This document shows positions 48,124-57,846 of a DNA stretch of 64,000 nucleotides, piece by piece. Made by a program: the position numbers and the translations under genes. Source of the stretch: an uncultured Nitrospiraceae bacterium (GTDB lineage: Bacteria; Nitrospirota; Nitrospiria; Nitrospirales; Nitrospiraceae); contig CAVSTP010000004.1 in the NCBI GenBank assembly GCA_963730935.1, positions 1,280,001 through 1,344,000 on the forward strand. The letters are read 5' to 3'. Every line of letters starts with the position of its first letter. Within the stretch, counting starts at the first letter, position 1. Below the pieces are notes generated by a model. It saw nothing but the letters and a program-made list of their open reading frames with translations, made no database searches and was not told the origin of the DNA.

Positions 48124-48167
48124 CTAGACGGCAGATTCTCGCGCGTGGAATCAGGCATTTGAGTCGA

Positions 48168-48800
48168 TCATGATGTTGACATCAGGGCGTCGAGCAGCGC
48201 TCGCGTCGCCGCTTCCACATCCTCCGCGCCGAGGATGGTGGTGATGACGGCGACTCCGAACGCGCCCGCAGAGCGCATGTCGCGTGCGCGCGCGGCGGTC
48301 ACGCCACCGATGCCGACAATCGGCACCCGAACGGCTTGTGCCGCGTCTTCCAATTTTGAGAGACCGAGTGGAGGGCCGTACATGTGCTTCGACGGCGTCT
48401 CATAAACCGGACCGAAGACGATGTAATCGGCTCCTCCAGCTTCGGCCTGCACCGCCTCGCTGACGGAATGGACCGAGACCCCGAGCAGCCGATGAGCACC
48501 GATCAGCCGGCGCGCCACCGGCAAGGGCAGGCTGTCGCTGCGCAGATGCAGGCCGGCTCCCGCGACCGACAGCGCCACGTCGAGGCGGTCATTGATCAGG
48601 AGTTGGCTGCCACGAGGCCCTGCGAGCTGCCGAATCTCATCCGCCAACGCAAGTAGTTCCTTCGCACAGAGGTCGCGTTCACGTAGGTGAATGGCAGGGC
48701 TCCCCGCCTTCAACGCCTGCGCCAGGACGAATAGCAACGGCCTGCCCTTCGTCTGTTGACGATCCGTAACGAGGAGAAGACGGGACTCAAGCGACGGCAT
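48168..48800 (-). CDS. thiE: Thiamine-phosphate synthase (ThiE/TenI family)
   Basis: LLINDRLD, LGVSVHS, DYIVFGPVYETPSK, GIGGV; follows thiG. Confidence 0.85.
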   Translation of the reverse strand: MPSLESRLLLVTDRQQTKGRPLLFVLAQALKAGSPAIHLRERDLCAKELLALADEIRQLAGPRGSQLLINDRLDVALSVAGAGLHLRSDSLPLPVARRLIGAHRLLGVSVHSVSEAVQAEAGGADYIVFGPVYETPSKHMYGPPLGLSKLEDAAQAVRVPIVGIGGVTAARARDMRSAGAFGVAVITTILGAEDVEAATRALLDALMSTS

Positions 48801-48831
48801 GAAGGACCGGCAGAGAACGCAGGGTCACTGC

Positions 48832-49605
48832 TTACAACATGCCTTCGATGGGGCTGCTTGCCGTCGCATACAGCTTGCGCGGGATCCGACCCGCCTTGTG
48901 CGCCAGCCGGCCGGCATGGACCGCATATTTCATGGCCTCGGCCATCGCGATGGGATCCTTGGCGCCCGCGATGGCCGTGTTCATGAGTACGGCATCGGCG
49001 CCATATTCCATGGCGAGAGCCGCATCCGAGGCGGTCCCGACGCCCGCATCCACAATGATCGGCACCTTGACGGTCTCCATGATGATTTTCAAGTTGTAGG
49101 GATTGCGGATGCCCAGACCCGAGCCGATCGGTGCAGCCAGCGGCATGACGGCGGGACAACCGATATCAACGAGCTTCTTCGCGACGATAGGATCATCGTT
49201 CGTATAGGGAAGGACAATGAACCCTTCCTTGATCAAAATCCTGGCTGCCTCAATGAGGCCCGCCGTATCAGGGAACAGCGTTTTCTCGTCCCCCAGCACT
49301 TCCAGCTTCACGAGGTCTGAGATTCCGGCCGCTCGAGCCAGCCGTGCATACCGCACCGCATCCTCAACCGTGTAGCAGCCGGCCGTATTCGGCAGAATCG
49401 TATATTTCTTGGGATCGATGTAGTCGAGCAGGTTTTCCTTCGACCGGTCCGTAATGTTCACCCGGCGCACGGCGACCGTCACGACGTCGGCCCCGGACAC
49501 TTCGATCGCCTTTCGAGTTTCGGCAAAATCCTTGTACTTGCCGGTTCCCACCCAGAGGCGGGACCTAAATTCCCGGCCGGCAATCACCAAGCGATCGTCA
49601 TACAT
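48832..49605 (-). CDS. thiG: Thiazole synthase
   Basis: [37 protein letters not shown]. Confidence 0.97.
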   Translation of the reverse strand: MYDDRLVIAGREFRSRLWVGTGKYKDFAETRKAIEVSGADVVTVAVRRVNITDRSKENLLDYIDPKKYTILPNTAGCYTVEDAVRYARLARAAGISDLVKLEVLGDEKTLFPDTAGLIEAARILIKEGFIVLPYTNDDPIVAKKLVDIGCPAVMPLAAPIGSGLGIRNPYNLKIIMETVKVPIIVDAGVGTASDAALAMEYGADAVLMNTAIAGAKDPIAMAEAMKYAVHAGRLAHKAGRIPRKLYATASSPIEGML

Positions 49606-49855
49606 CGGTCCGTCCCCTTTCCATCCGCTCGCGGGAGACGAGCCCCCCGCCGCCGATGAAGCTCAAAATTTCCACCCGATCGCCTGCCTTGAGACTTCGG
49701 AGCTCGAAATCCTTCCGATCGAGGATTTCCAGGTTTAATTCCACGGCGACACGCTCGGTCTTGATGTCCAGCTCCCGCAGCAGATCGCCGACGGTCAAGC
49801 CTGACCGGCAATCGCGCGGCAGGCCGTTGACCTGGATTTGCATGGCTTCAGCCAT
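49598..49855 (-). CDS. thiS: Sulfur-carrier protein ThiS with C-terminal extension
   Basis: [24 protein letters not shown] followed by [15 protein letters not shown]. Confidence 0.92.
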   Translation of the reverse strand: MAEAMQIQVNGLPRDCRSGLTVGDLLRELDIKTERVAVELNLEILDRKDFELRSLKAGDRVEILSFIGGGGLVSRERMERGRTDV

Positions 49856-49863
49856 GGTCTATC

Positions 49864-49893
49864 ATCCTAGGGAAGCGCAATTCCGGTTGTCAA
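49864..49893 (-). promoter_or_regulatory. Sigma70-like promoter for thiSGE
   Basis: TTGACA-18 nt-TAGGAT, ending 8 nt before ATG 49855. Confidence 0.6.
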
Positions 49894-49954
49894 TCAATCG
49901 TCGAGCTCCTTGCCTGTATCGATCAGACCGGGCAGAATACGGCAGGACACCACG

Positions 49955-50428
49955 ATGGCCGTTCCGGAGCGCAATCAGCAGCTTGCCGCACTGTTCCGAT
50001 CGATCGCGGAGCTTCTCGCCGCTCAGCGGGCGAATCCCTATCGGGTTCGCGCCTACCGCCGGGGAGCCGATGCCCTCTTGGCCTTGGATGAAGATGTGGC
50101 GGACGTAGCGCAACGACATGCGCTCGAAGAAATCGACGGCATCGGCAGCGATTTGTCCCAGAAGACCGAAGAGTTTCTCAAAACCGGCAAGATCCTGACG
50201 CTGGAAACGCTCCGGATGCCCTTGCCCGAGCAAGTGAAGGGCTGGGCGCAATTACCGGGCCTTTCGGAATCGCTGGTCGCCTATCTGTACAGTCGCCTGA
50301 ACATCGCCAGCTTGGCGGACCTCGAGAAGCTCGTACGTTCTCACATGCTCCGAACGATGCCGGGCTTCTCGGGATCCGAGGAGACCTTGCTCCAAGCTAT
50401 TGAGGAGCTGCGTCGACGCTCAGCCTGA
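49955..50428 (+). CDS. Stand-alone DNA polymerase X N-terminal (8-kDa/HhH) domain protein
   Basis: NQQLAALFRSIAELL...NPYRVRAYRR...IDGIG.DLSQK.EEFLKTG; later HhH-like LPGL and MPGF; no palm or PHP domain. Confidence 0.8.
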   Translation: MAVPERNQQLAALFRSIAELLAAQRANPYRVRAYRRGADALLALDEDVADVAQRHALEEIDGIGSDLSQKTEEFLKTGKILTLETLRMPLPEQVKGWAQLPGLSESLVAYLYSRLNIASLADLEKLVRSHMLRTMPGFSGSEETLLQAIEELRRRSA

Positions 50429-51799
50429 TCAGGACGGCCGAAGCTCCTTGAATATCTTCCACGTCTTGAGCAGTTCGACGGCCTTTTGCAGCTGTACATC
50501 CTGCTCCAACGAGGGCTCACCCGAAAGATCGGGCGAAGCAGCGGCCGGGGCCGCGCCGTTCCTTTGCACGCCGTCTTCGGCGCCTTTGGGCGTCGCAGCG
50601 GACTGCTCTTTTCCAGGGCCGGTGACGGGCGGTTTGGACGCCTTGCCATCGGCCTCTTTATCTCCCGGCTTGCCCTCGGCCTTGGCCACCGTGGTCGCCG
50701 GTTGCGGCTTGATCACGATGTCGGGAGTGATCCCGGTCGATTGAATAGAGCGGCCTTTCGGGGTGTAGTATTTGGCGGTCGTGAGCCGGAGCCCCGATCC
50801 ATCGCCCAGTGGAAGAATCGTCTGTACCGATCCCTTTCCAAATGACGTCGTTCCCACGATCACGGCACGCCCGTAATCCTGTAAGGCACCGGCCACAATT
50901 TCCGATGCACTAGCCGATCCTTCATTGACGAGGATGATCATCGGCGAATCGTCCATCTGATCCCTCCCCTTGGCGAACCACTCATCCTTCTTGCTCTCAC
51001 GGCCCTTGGTATACACCACGAGCTTGCCGTTCGGCAGGAACTGCTCGGACACCTCCACAGCCGCCGTCAACAAACCTCCGGGATTGTTGCGCAGGTCGAG
51101 GATCGTGGACTGCACTTTTTGGTCCTTGAATTGCTTCAAGACCCTGCCCAAATCCCGACCCGTGGCCTCTTGAAACTGGGTGAGTTTGACGTAGCCGATG
51201 TTATCCAAGACCTTCGATTTCACGCTCTCAATCTTGATGGTATCCCGCACAAGGGTAAATTGAAGCGGATCGACGGTGCCGTCCCGTTGGATGGTGAGAT
51301 TGACCTTGGTGCCCTTCGGCCCACGCATCTTTTGTACGGCATCCATGAGCGACAGATCCTTCGTGGACTCTTCATTGACCTTCGTAATGTAGTCGCCAGC
51401 CTTGATACCCGCGCGCTGTGCCGGCGTCCCATCGATCGGCGCGATCACCGCCAAACGATTTTCTTTGACGCCGATCTGAATCCCGACGCCCCCGAACTCT
51501 CCCTTGGTCTCGACCTGCATTTCCTTGTACATCTCGGGGGTCATGTAGGCCGAGTGCGGATCGAGCGTCGAGAGCATGCCGCGAATGGCTCCCTGGACGA
51601 GATCCTTGACCTTCGTGTCGTCGACATAGTTTTTCTGGACCTGCGTCAAGACCTCCGAAAACGTTCTCAATTCCTCGTATGTCTCGGTGGCATGGCCGGT
51701 CCGTTCCCATCCCTTGCCGATTAATACGCCGGACAGCAAGGCCACCACGACCATTGGCCCCAGCATCCAGAATCGCCGCCGTTGGTTCTGTTCCATCAT
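50429..51799 (-). CDS. ctpA: Carboxyl-terminal processing protease (S41)
   Basis: LDPHSAYM, PDZ (GGVGI), DLRNNPGG, SASASEI, FGKGSVQ. Confidence 0.94.
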   Translation of the reverse strand: MMEQNQRRRFWMLGPMVVVALLSGVLIGKGWERTGHATETYEELRTFSEVLTQVQKNYVDDTKVKDLVQGAIRGMLSTLDPHSAYMTPEMYKEMQVETKGEFGGVGIQIGVKENRLAVIAPIDGTPAQRAGIKAGDYITKVNEESTKDLSLMDAVQKMRGPKGTKVNLTIQRDGTVDPLQFTLVRDTIKIESVKSKVLDNIGYVKLTQFQEATGRDLGRVLKQFKDQKVQSTILDLRNNPGGLLTAAVEVSEQFLPNGKLVVYTKGRESKKDEWFAKGRDQMDDSPMIILVNEGSASASEIVAGALQDYGRAVIVGTTSFGKGSVQTILPLGDGSGLRLTTAKYYTPKGRSIQSTGITPDIVIKPQPATTVAKAEGKPGDKEADGKASKPPVTGPGKEQSAATPKGAEDGVQRNGAAPAAASPDLSGEPSLEQDVQLQKAVELLKTWKIFKELRPS

Positions 51800-51850
51800 A
51801 TGCGTCCTTTCGCCCGCACAAGCTTGTATTGCTCTGTTGTCTTTGTTTCT

Positions 51851-53029
51851 CTAGCGTCTCGCCAGCCACTGGAGAGGATCAACCGGTTCGGTCCCTTCGC
51901 GCAATTCAAAGTATAAAGTATTTTCCCCCGTCATGCCCGTGTCACCCGTTTCACCGATCGCCTGCCCAGATGCGACGACCGCCCCCACCGACGTGAGGAT
52001 TTTTGAGGCATGGGCATAGAGCGAAAAGAAGCCGTTGGCATGATCGAGGATTATAACGAGTCCGTAGCCTTTCAACCAGTCCGCATAGACGACCGTCCCA
52101 GTCATGACCGCATGGATGGCGCTTCCTTCCAATGTCCGGATCTCGATCCCCTTCCGTTGAACGTAGGTGTTGAAGGTCGGATGCTTTTGCCGGCCGAAGT
52201 AGGTCAGTACGCTGCCCTCCGCCGGCCATGGGAGGCCGCCCTTAACCCCCTTCGGCAAGGAACCGGACGGCGGCTTGGCCGCTGCCGCGCGACGGCGATG
52301 CTCCAACTCCCGCAGCAAACTGTCGATGCGTACGGCCGATCGCTCTAATTCCTGCAGTGCTCGCTCGTACGATTCCTTCTCCTGCGTCAGTTTGGCCAAA
52401 TACATCTTCTTCTCTTTCTTGACCGCCTTGATCTCATCGAGATGCTTTTCGGTGGTGCGTTTGTACGCCAGCATTCCCACCCGCGCGGTTTCCCGCTGCC
52501 GCTCCGCGTCCTGCATATTAGCCATGTCGGTTTTGAAGGTCTCGATGAGGCCGTAGTCACGCGCGGAGACAGCCGATAGATAGCGGAGACGGCGCTGGAA
52601 ATCTCCATAAGAATCCGACGCGAGTAGCGGTTTCCAATGCCCGAATCGCCCTTCTATATACTGAACACGCAGCCGCGCGAGAATCGCCTCCTGGCGGACC
52701 TGCACGCCATCCCTCAACCGCGTGATCTGCGCATTAATCGCCTCGATTTCCTGATCTTTCTTGCGCAGTTTGCGGCTGATCTCCTGATGGGACTGCCGGT
52801 AGCGCACATGCCGTTCGTCCAGTGTTTGTATGCCCTGCAGGATGGACTCGCGCTTTTTCCCCGCTTCGTCCGCCTGCCGCCGCTTTTCTTCGATCTGGTC
52901 TTTGAGCTGTTCCAGCGTCCTGCGTTCCTTGTCGATTTTCTCATTGATGGAATCGGCGGAAACACCGGCCGGTGCGCACAACGCGATCACCAGCACCGTT
53001 CCAATCGAGTAGGGCCGGCACCGTCTCAT
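51851..53029 (-). CDS. envC: Murein hydrolase activator EnvC family
   Basis: Signal peptide, long coiled coil, degenerate LytM domain (RKGIEI, LYFELR); downstream of ftsEX. Confidence 0.9.
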   Translation of the reverse strand: MRRCRPYSIGTVLVIALCAPAGVSADSINEKIDKERRTLEQLKDQIEEKRRQADEAGKKRESILQGIQTLDERHVRYRQSHQEISRKLRKKDQEIEAINAQITRLRDGVQVRQEAILARLRVQYIEGRFGHWKPLLASDSYGDFQRRLRYLSAVSARDYGLIETFKTDMANMQDAERQRETARVGMLAYKRTTEKHLDEIKAVKKEKKMYLAKLTQEKESYERALQELERSAVRIDSLLRELEHRRRAAAAKPPSGSLPKGVKGGLPWPAEGSVLTYFGRQKHPTFNTYVQRKGIEIRTLEGSAIHAVMTGTVVYADWLKGYGLVIILDHANGFFSLYAHASKILTSVGAVVASGQAIGETGDTGMTGENTLYFELREGTEPVDPLQWLARR

Positions 53030-53925
53030 ACTTTGGCCTCATCGAACCGCCGCAAGGAAACGAAGCTGCCGGCGCAGCCGAGGACGATACCGACGCCTAC
53101 GAGCAACAGGCAGATGGAAAGCGGGAAAAACATGGTGAGCTGTTCGAGGCCGCGCAACCGTCCCGTCGTCCGCATTTGATGCCGAAACAGTTCATACAGC
53201 GCGTTCAACATGAACAACGAGCAGGCGCTCCCCAGGCCTCCGAGCACCGCTCCTTCCAATAAATAGGGAACGCGAATAAAGGTCTTCGTGGCGCCGATCA
53301 ACCGCAGAATGGCGATTTCGTCCCGGCGAGCAAACAACGTCAGCCTGATCGTATTGGCGATGATCGTCACGGCGGCTGCCGAGAGAATAAGGCCGATCCC
53401 AATGGCAACCAGCTCAATGGACCGGATGATCGTGGACAGAGCATCGATCCAGTCCTGATTATAATCCACCTTCTCGACCCCCGCGAGTACACCGATGCGT
53501 TCGGCCCAGCGTTTGACGGCTTCCGGTGACCGGTAGGGCGGACTCAATGTCACGACGAAGGAGGCCGGCAGTGGATTCTGACCAATCCCTTCCAGAAGGT
53601 GCGAATCCGAGGGGAACTGAGCCCTGAATTCTCCGAGCGCTTGCTCCTTAGAAATAAAATGCAACGCGGCGACGGCACGATCGGCACGCAGCTGAAGTTC
53701 GAGCTCGGAAACCGTGGAAGCAACGGCCCGATCATCCAGATAGACCATGATCTTGATGTCTTCCTGGAGCCAGCCCGCGGCGGCACGCAGGTTCACGTAC
53801 AACAGTAAGAAGATGCCGACACAGGCGAGGGTAAACGCCGTCGTAAAGATCGCCACCACGGTGGTCGTGCGATTGATCCAGATATTGGCCCAGGCCTCGC
53901 GGAGGAGATAGAACAGCGTCCTCAT
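53026..53925 (-). CDS. ftsX: Cell division permease
   Basis: NPLPAS, IANTIRLTLFARRDEI, LIGAT..FIR.P..LEG. Confidence 0.94.
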   Translation of the reverse strand: MRTLFYLLREAWANIWINRTTTVVAIFTTAFTLACVGIFLLLYVNLRAAAGWLQEDIKIMVYLDDRAVASTVSELELQLRADRAVAALHFISKEQALGEFRAQFPSDSHLLEGIGQNPLPASFVVTLSPPYRSPEAVKRWAERIGVLAGVEKVDYNQDWIDALSTIIRSIELVAIGIGLILSAAAVTIIANTIRLTLFARRDEIAILRLIGATKTFIRVPYLLEGAVLGGLGSACSLFMLNALYELFRHQMRTTGRLRGLEQLTMFFPLSICLLLVGVGIVLGCAGSFVSLRRFDEAKV

Positions 53926-54593
53926 AATAGAGTGATCCGTGGTTCCGGCATGAGCGATCCCTGCACGAGAGTGACAACGCGGCGATTCACCTGCGCCATC
54001 ACCGAGGGGTCATGCGTGGCAACCATCACCGTCGTACCGCGGGCGTTGATCAGCTTGAACAGCTCGATGATCTCTCCGGTCAGGGCCGGATCCAGATTCC
54101 CCGTCGGTTCGTCCGCCAATAGCACGACAGGTCCGTTGACGATGGCCCGCGCAATACAGACCCGCTGCTGCTCGCCGGTAGACAGACTCATCGGCAATTG
54201 GTCCCGCTTGTGTTCTACGCCGACCGCCCGTAACGCTTCCGTCACTTTTCGCTTGATGTCCGCCTGGGACACGCCTTGGACGAGCAACGGCAGGGCCACA
54301 TTGTCAAATACGGATTTCTTGACGAGCAGCTGGAAATCCTGAAAAACCGTCCCGACCTTCCGCCGGAGATAGGGAATTTCAGAGGGCTTCAGGGTGCCGA
54401 CATTTTTGCCATTCACGACGACCTGCCCGTAGTCAGGCCGTTCGGCACCGATCAACATTCGCAGGAGCGTCGATTTGCCGGCACCGCTTGGCCCCATCAA
54501 TAAGACGAATTCGCCCTTCTGAACCTCCAGGCTGACGTCTGACAGCGCCGAACGTCGGTCGTATTGCTTGGTGACATGAACGAGCTGAATCAT
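53922..54593 (-). CDS. ftsE: Cell division ATP-binding protein
   Basis: GPSGAGKST, VFQDF, LSTGEQQRV, LADEPTGNLD. Confidence 0.95.
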   Translation of the reverse strand: MIQLVHVTKQYDRRSALSDVSLEVQKGEFVLLMGPSGAGKSTLLRMLIGAERPDYGQVVVNGKNVGTLKPSEIPYLRRKVGTVFQDFQLLVKKSVFDNVALPLLVQGVSQADIKRKVTEALRAVGVEHKRDQLPMSLSTGEQQRVCIARAIVNGPVVLLADEPTGNLDPALTGEIIELFKLINARGTTVMVATHDPSVMAQVNRRVVTLVQGSLMPEPRITLL

Positions 54594-54599
54594 GGTCTA

Positions 54600-55001
54600 T
54601 CAGTGCAAGTCGTCGCGGGAGGCCTCGAAAGCATTCTGGATGTGCTCGACCCGGAGCGCCGCTGTCGACGTGGGCTCGAGCAGGACGACGTCGAACCGGC
54701 AGGACCGGTCCATCCAATGTCGCTGAGCGAGAAATTGGGCAGCCAGTCTGATGAGTTTTTGCTGTTTCTTCCGATGCACCGCATGCATCGCACCTCCGAA
54801 CCGTGCGGTCCGTCGCGCCTTGACCTCAATGAAAACCAGCACGCGGCCGTCCTCCGCCACGAGATCCAACTCGCCGAGCGACGAACGGAGGTTTTTGGCG
54901 ACGATCCGGTAGCCCTTCCGGCGCAAATAACGCTCGGCCTCCGCCTCTCCTTCTTGCCCAAAGAGACGCCTGGGGTCAAGAATTGTCACACTCTTGTCCA
55001 T
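54600..55001 (-). CDS. yraN: YraN family protein (UPF0102)
   Basis: GQEGE..AERYL, GELDLV, VFIEVKAR, RFDVV. Confidence 0.92.
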   Translation of the reverse strand: MDKSVTILDPRRLFGQEGEAEAERYLRRKGYRIVAKNLRSSLGELDLVAEDGRVLVFIEVKARRTARFGGAMHAVHRKKQQKLIRLAAQFLAQRHWMDRSCRFDVVLLEPTSTAALRVEHIQNAFEASRDDLH

Positions 55002-55677
55002 TGCATGCCCGCCGCGCGGCGCCTGCCTGTCGCGGTCGACGTGCTTGTGCAATCACTTCAGCCACGGGCGCGTAGGTCCGGCGATGGATGAGACACGGGC
55101 CATGCATCGCCAGTTGCTGGAGGTGCTCTTCGGTGCCATACCCTTTATGGGACAGAAAGTTGTAGTGGGGATACTGCCGATGAAACTCGGCCATCAGGCG
55201 ATCCCTCGTCACTTTGGCCACGATCGAGGCCGCTGCGACGGACAGGCAGAGCGCATCACCCTTGATGATGGAGCGGAGCGGGATGGGGCAATCGGGCAGA
55301 GCAACCGCGTCAATGAGCAGGCAATCCGGCTGAGGTCTGAGACCGGCCAGCGCACGACGCATAGCCAGGCGGGTCGCTTCAAGAATGTTGAGCTGGTCGA
55401 CTTCTTCGTGGCTCGCCGAACCAATCCCGATGCCGATCGCGCGTTCGGTGATCGCGACGTAGAGCTGTTCCCGCTCGGATTCAGTCAGGAGCTTGGAATC
55501 GTCGCATCCGATCAGCCGGCACCGTCTTGGCAGGACGACGGCCGACGCGACCACCGGACCGGCCAGTGGACCTCGACCCGCTTCATCCAAGCCGGCGATC
55601 CAATGATACCCGCGCCGGCGGGCTTCCAGTTCAAATTCGTCTGTGGGACCCACGAAGTGGACTTTACGTGCGGTCAC
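54976..55677 (-). CDS. rnhB: Ribonuclease HII
   Basis: GLDEAGRGPLAGPV, DSK, IKGD, AAASIVAKVTRD, HKGYGT. Confidence 0.96.
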   Translation of the reverse strand: MTARKVHFVGPTDEFELEARRRGYHWIAGLDEAGRGPLAGPVVASAVVLPRRCRLIGCDDSKLLTESEREQLYVAITERAIGIGIGSASHEEVDQLNILEATRLAMRRALAGLRPQPDCLLIDAVALPDCPIPLRSIIKGDALCLSVAAASIVAKVTRDRLMAEFHRQYPHYNFLSHKGYGTEEHLQQLAMHGPCLIHRRTYAPVAEVIAQARRPRQAGAARRACNGQECDNS

Positions 55678-55713
55678 CCGCTCCCTCGTGGCCGGTAGTA
55701 TGCGCGATAGTCG

Positions 55714-56142
55714 CTAGGATTTTGCCGCGCCTGCCTCGACCGGCTCTTCGGCCGCTTCGGCTGCACGCGAGGCACCACCCTGTACCTTGCTCTCTCCCAC
55801 GAACTCACGGTCTTCGACCCGCGAGAACTTCCCTTTCTTCTCGCGCAGGTAATAGAGCTTGGCGCGCCGCACTTTTCCTTGGCGCACCACGTCGATCTTC
55901 GTCACGATCGGTGAATGGACGGGGAAAATGCGCTCGACGCCGACACCGTAGGAGACTTTGCGCACGGTAAACATCTCAGTATTGAGGCTGCCCTTCCGGG
56001 CAATGACCGCGCCTTCATAGACTTGGATGCGCTCCTTTTCCCCTTCAACGACCTTGACGTGAACCCGCACGGTGTCCCCGATTTCAAAGCGCGGGACGGA
56101 TTTTTTCTGCAACGACCGCTGGACCCGCTCTAGCTGATTCAT
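55714..56142 (-). CDS. rplS: 50S ribosomal protein L19
   Basis: [40 protein letters not shown]. Confidence 0.98.
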   Translation of the reverse strand: MNQLERVQRSLQKKSVPRFEIGDTVRVHVKVVEGEKERIQVYEGAVIARKGSLNTEMFTVRKVSYGVGVERIFPVHSPIVTKIDVVRQGKVRRAKLYYLREKKGKFSRVEDREFVGESKVQGGASRAAEAAEEPVEAGAAKS

Positions 56143-56146
56143 GACT

Positions 56147-56932
56147 TCACCCCTCCTCCCCGCATGGCACCGGCGCACCGGGCACGCCTTCACGAATTAT
56201 GTCATCCAACAATTGTCGATCTTCCACCGTCAACTCCCGATCTTTCAGCAGATCGGGTCGCTTTTCATACGTCGCCCGCAGCGCTTCCTTTCTGCGCCAC
56301 CGACGGATCGCTTCGTGGTGTCCTGAGAGCAACACCTCAGGAACCGTCACCCCCCGAACCTCAGCCGGCCGCGTATAGTGGGGGTACTCCAACAAGGGCT
56401 CGGCGAACGATTCTTCGATGATCGAAGACGGATCGCCGAGTACACCGGGGACCAGCCGGGACGCCGCATCAATCAAGATCAGTGCCGGCAGTTCGCCGCC
56501 CGTCAGCACATAGTCACCGACCGAGATTTCCTCAGGCCTGAGCGACAGCCGCACACGCTCGTCGATGCCTTCATAATGCCCGCACAGAATGACAAGCCGG
56601 CGCGAATCTTCCGCCAACTCATGCGCGTAGGCCTGCGTGAACGGACGGCCCTGCGGCGAAGGAAACAGTATCCGAAGGCCTTCCCCGCGCTGTTCATAGG
56701 GTCGACGGATTTCTTCCACCGCGCGCAGAATCGGCTCGGCCTTCATGACCATGCCGGCTCCGCCTCCATACGGGACGTCATCCGCAACCTTGTGCTTGTC
56801 CATCGTATAGTCGCGCAGGTTGTGCACGTTGACTTCCAGCAAGCCCTTTTCCTGCGCACGCTTGAGCATGCTGCTATCCAAGACGGGCGTCACCATCTCC
56901 GGAAAGAGCGTGATCACATCACAGCGCAGCAT
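56147..56932 (-). CDS. trmD: tRNA (guanine37-N1)-methyltransferase
   Basis: [38 protein letters not shown]. Confidence 0.98.
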   Translation of the reverse strand: MLRCDVITLFPEMVTPVLDSSMLKRAQEKGLLEVNVHNLRDYTMDKHKVADDVPYGGGAGMVMKAEPILRAVEEIRRPYEQRGEGLRILFPSPQGRPFTQAYAHELAEDSRRLVILCGHYEGIDERVRLSLRPEEISVGDYVLTGGELPALILIDAASRLVPGVLGDPSSIIEESFAEPLLEYPHYTRPAEVRGVTVPEVLLSGHHEAIRRWRRKEALRATYEKRPDLLKDRELTVEDRQLLDDIIREGVPGAPVPCGEEG

Positions 56933-56933
56933 G

Positions 56934-57455
56934 TCAGGCCTCGACTAATCCTTCAATTGTGCGCACGATCATCCGCCCCTGAGCGACATCCACGGACCGG
57001 ACAAACTCCTTGACCGCCGGAATCAGCACTTCGCGGCCGCCCTGCTTCACCACAAAGACGGGATGGGCTGGCAGATCCCAAATCATGTCGATACACCCAA
57101 GTTCATGGCCCGTCTCGTCCGCCACGGCCATGCCGATGAGGTCGCATTCGTACCAGGCGTTGAGATTCTCCGCCGACGTGACTACGCGAGGCACCTGCAG
57201 AAAGGCTCCGCGCAACATCCCCGCTTCCTCGGGGGTGGTGACCCCCTCGAACTCAACGATGTACGAAGGCCCGGCACGGCGCACATGTCTGACCGTTCGA
57301 TCAACCGCCTGACCTCCCTCACCGGCAACGCGAACCGCTCCCAACTGCTCGAATCGCCCCGGTCGGTCGCTCAGCGATCGCACCTTGACCGCTCCGTGCA
57401 CACCGAACGGCCGGCCGATCTTGCCGATGATCACCATCTCGGGCGAGGTCGTCAT
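56934..57455 (-). CDS. rimM: Ribosome maturation factor
   Basis: IGKIGRPFGVHG, DLIGMAV, LIPAV; position between rpsP and trmD. Confidence 0.94.
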   Translation of the reverse strand: MTTSPEMVIIGKIGRPFGVHGAVKVRSLSDRPGRFEQLGAVRVAGEGGQAVDRTVRHVRRAGPSYIVEFEGVTTPEEAGMLRGAFLQVPRVVTSAENLNAWYECDLIGMAVADETGHELGCIDMIWDLPAHPVFVVKQGGREVLIPAVKEFVRSVDVAQGRMIVRTIEGLVEA

Positions 57456-57457
57456 GC

Positions 57458-57739
57458 TCAGGCCTTCTTTTTGGCGGCCTTTTCCGTCTCGAACTGCTTC
57501 CACACTCCCGAGCGTCGAAGCAGCGTCTTGACCGTCACCGTCGGCTGTGCACCTTGGTGCAGCCAGGTCAGCACTCGTTCCTGCTTGAGCTCAGGGAGTC
57601 CTGCTTCTTTCAACGGATCAAAAATCCCCAAAATTTCCAAAAAGCGCCCATCGCGCGGCATCCGCGAATCCGCCGCGACCACGCGATATATCGGCCGCTT
57701 ATGTCGTCCGGTCCTCGTCAATCTCAAATGAACGGCCAC
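57458..57739 (-). CDS. rpsP: 30S ribosomal protein S16
   Basis: LRLTRTG, YRVVAADSRMPRDGRF, WL..GAQPT. Confidence 0.98.
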   Translation of the reverse strand: MAVHLRLTRTGRHKRPIYRVVAADSRMPRDGRFLEILGIFDPLKEAGLPELKQERVLTWLHQGAQPTVTVKTLLRRSGVWKQFETEKAAKKKA

Positions 57740-57846
57740 TGTCTTTCCTCCTTCATAATCCGCCTCCAGTGGTCTGCTGTCGGCAGTGTGAATTCACTGT
57801 TCGTTCGGCCTCGCTGAGAGGTACGCTGTCGGCGGGATGCCCGACC

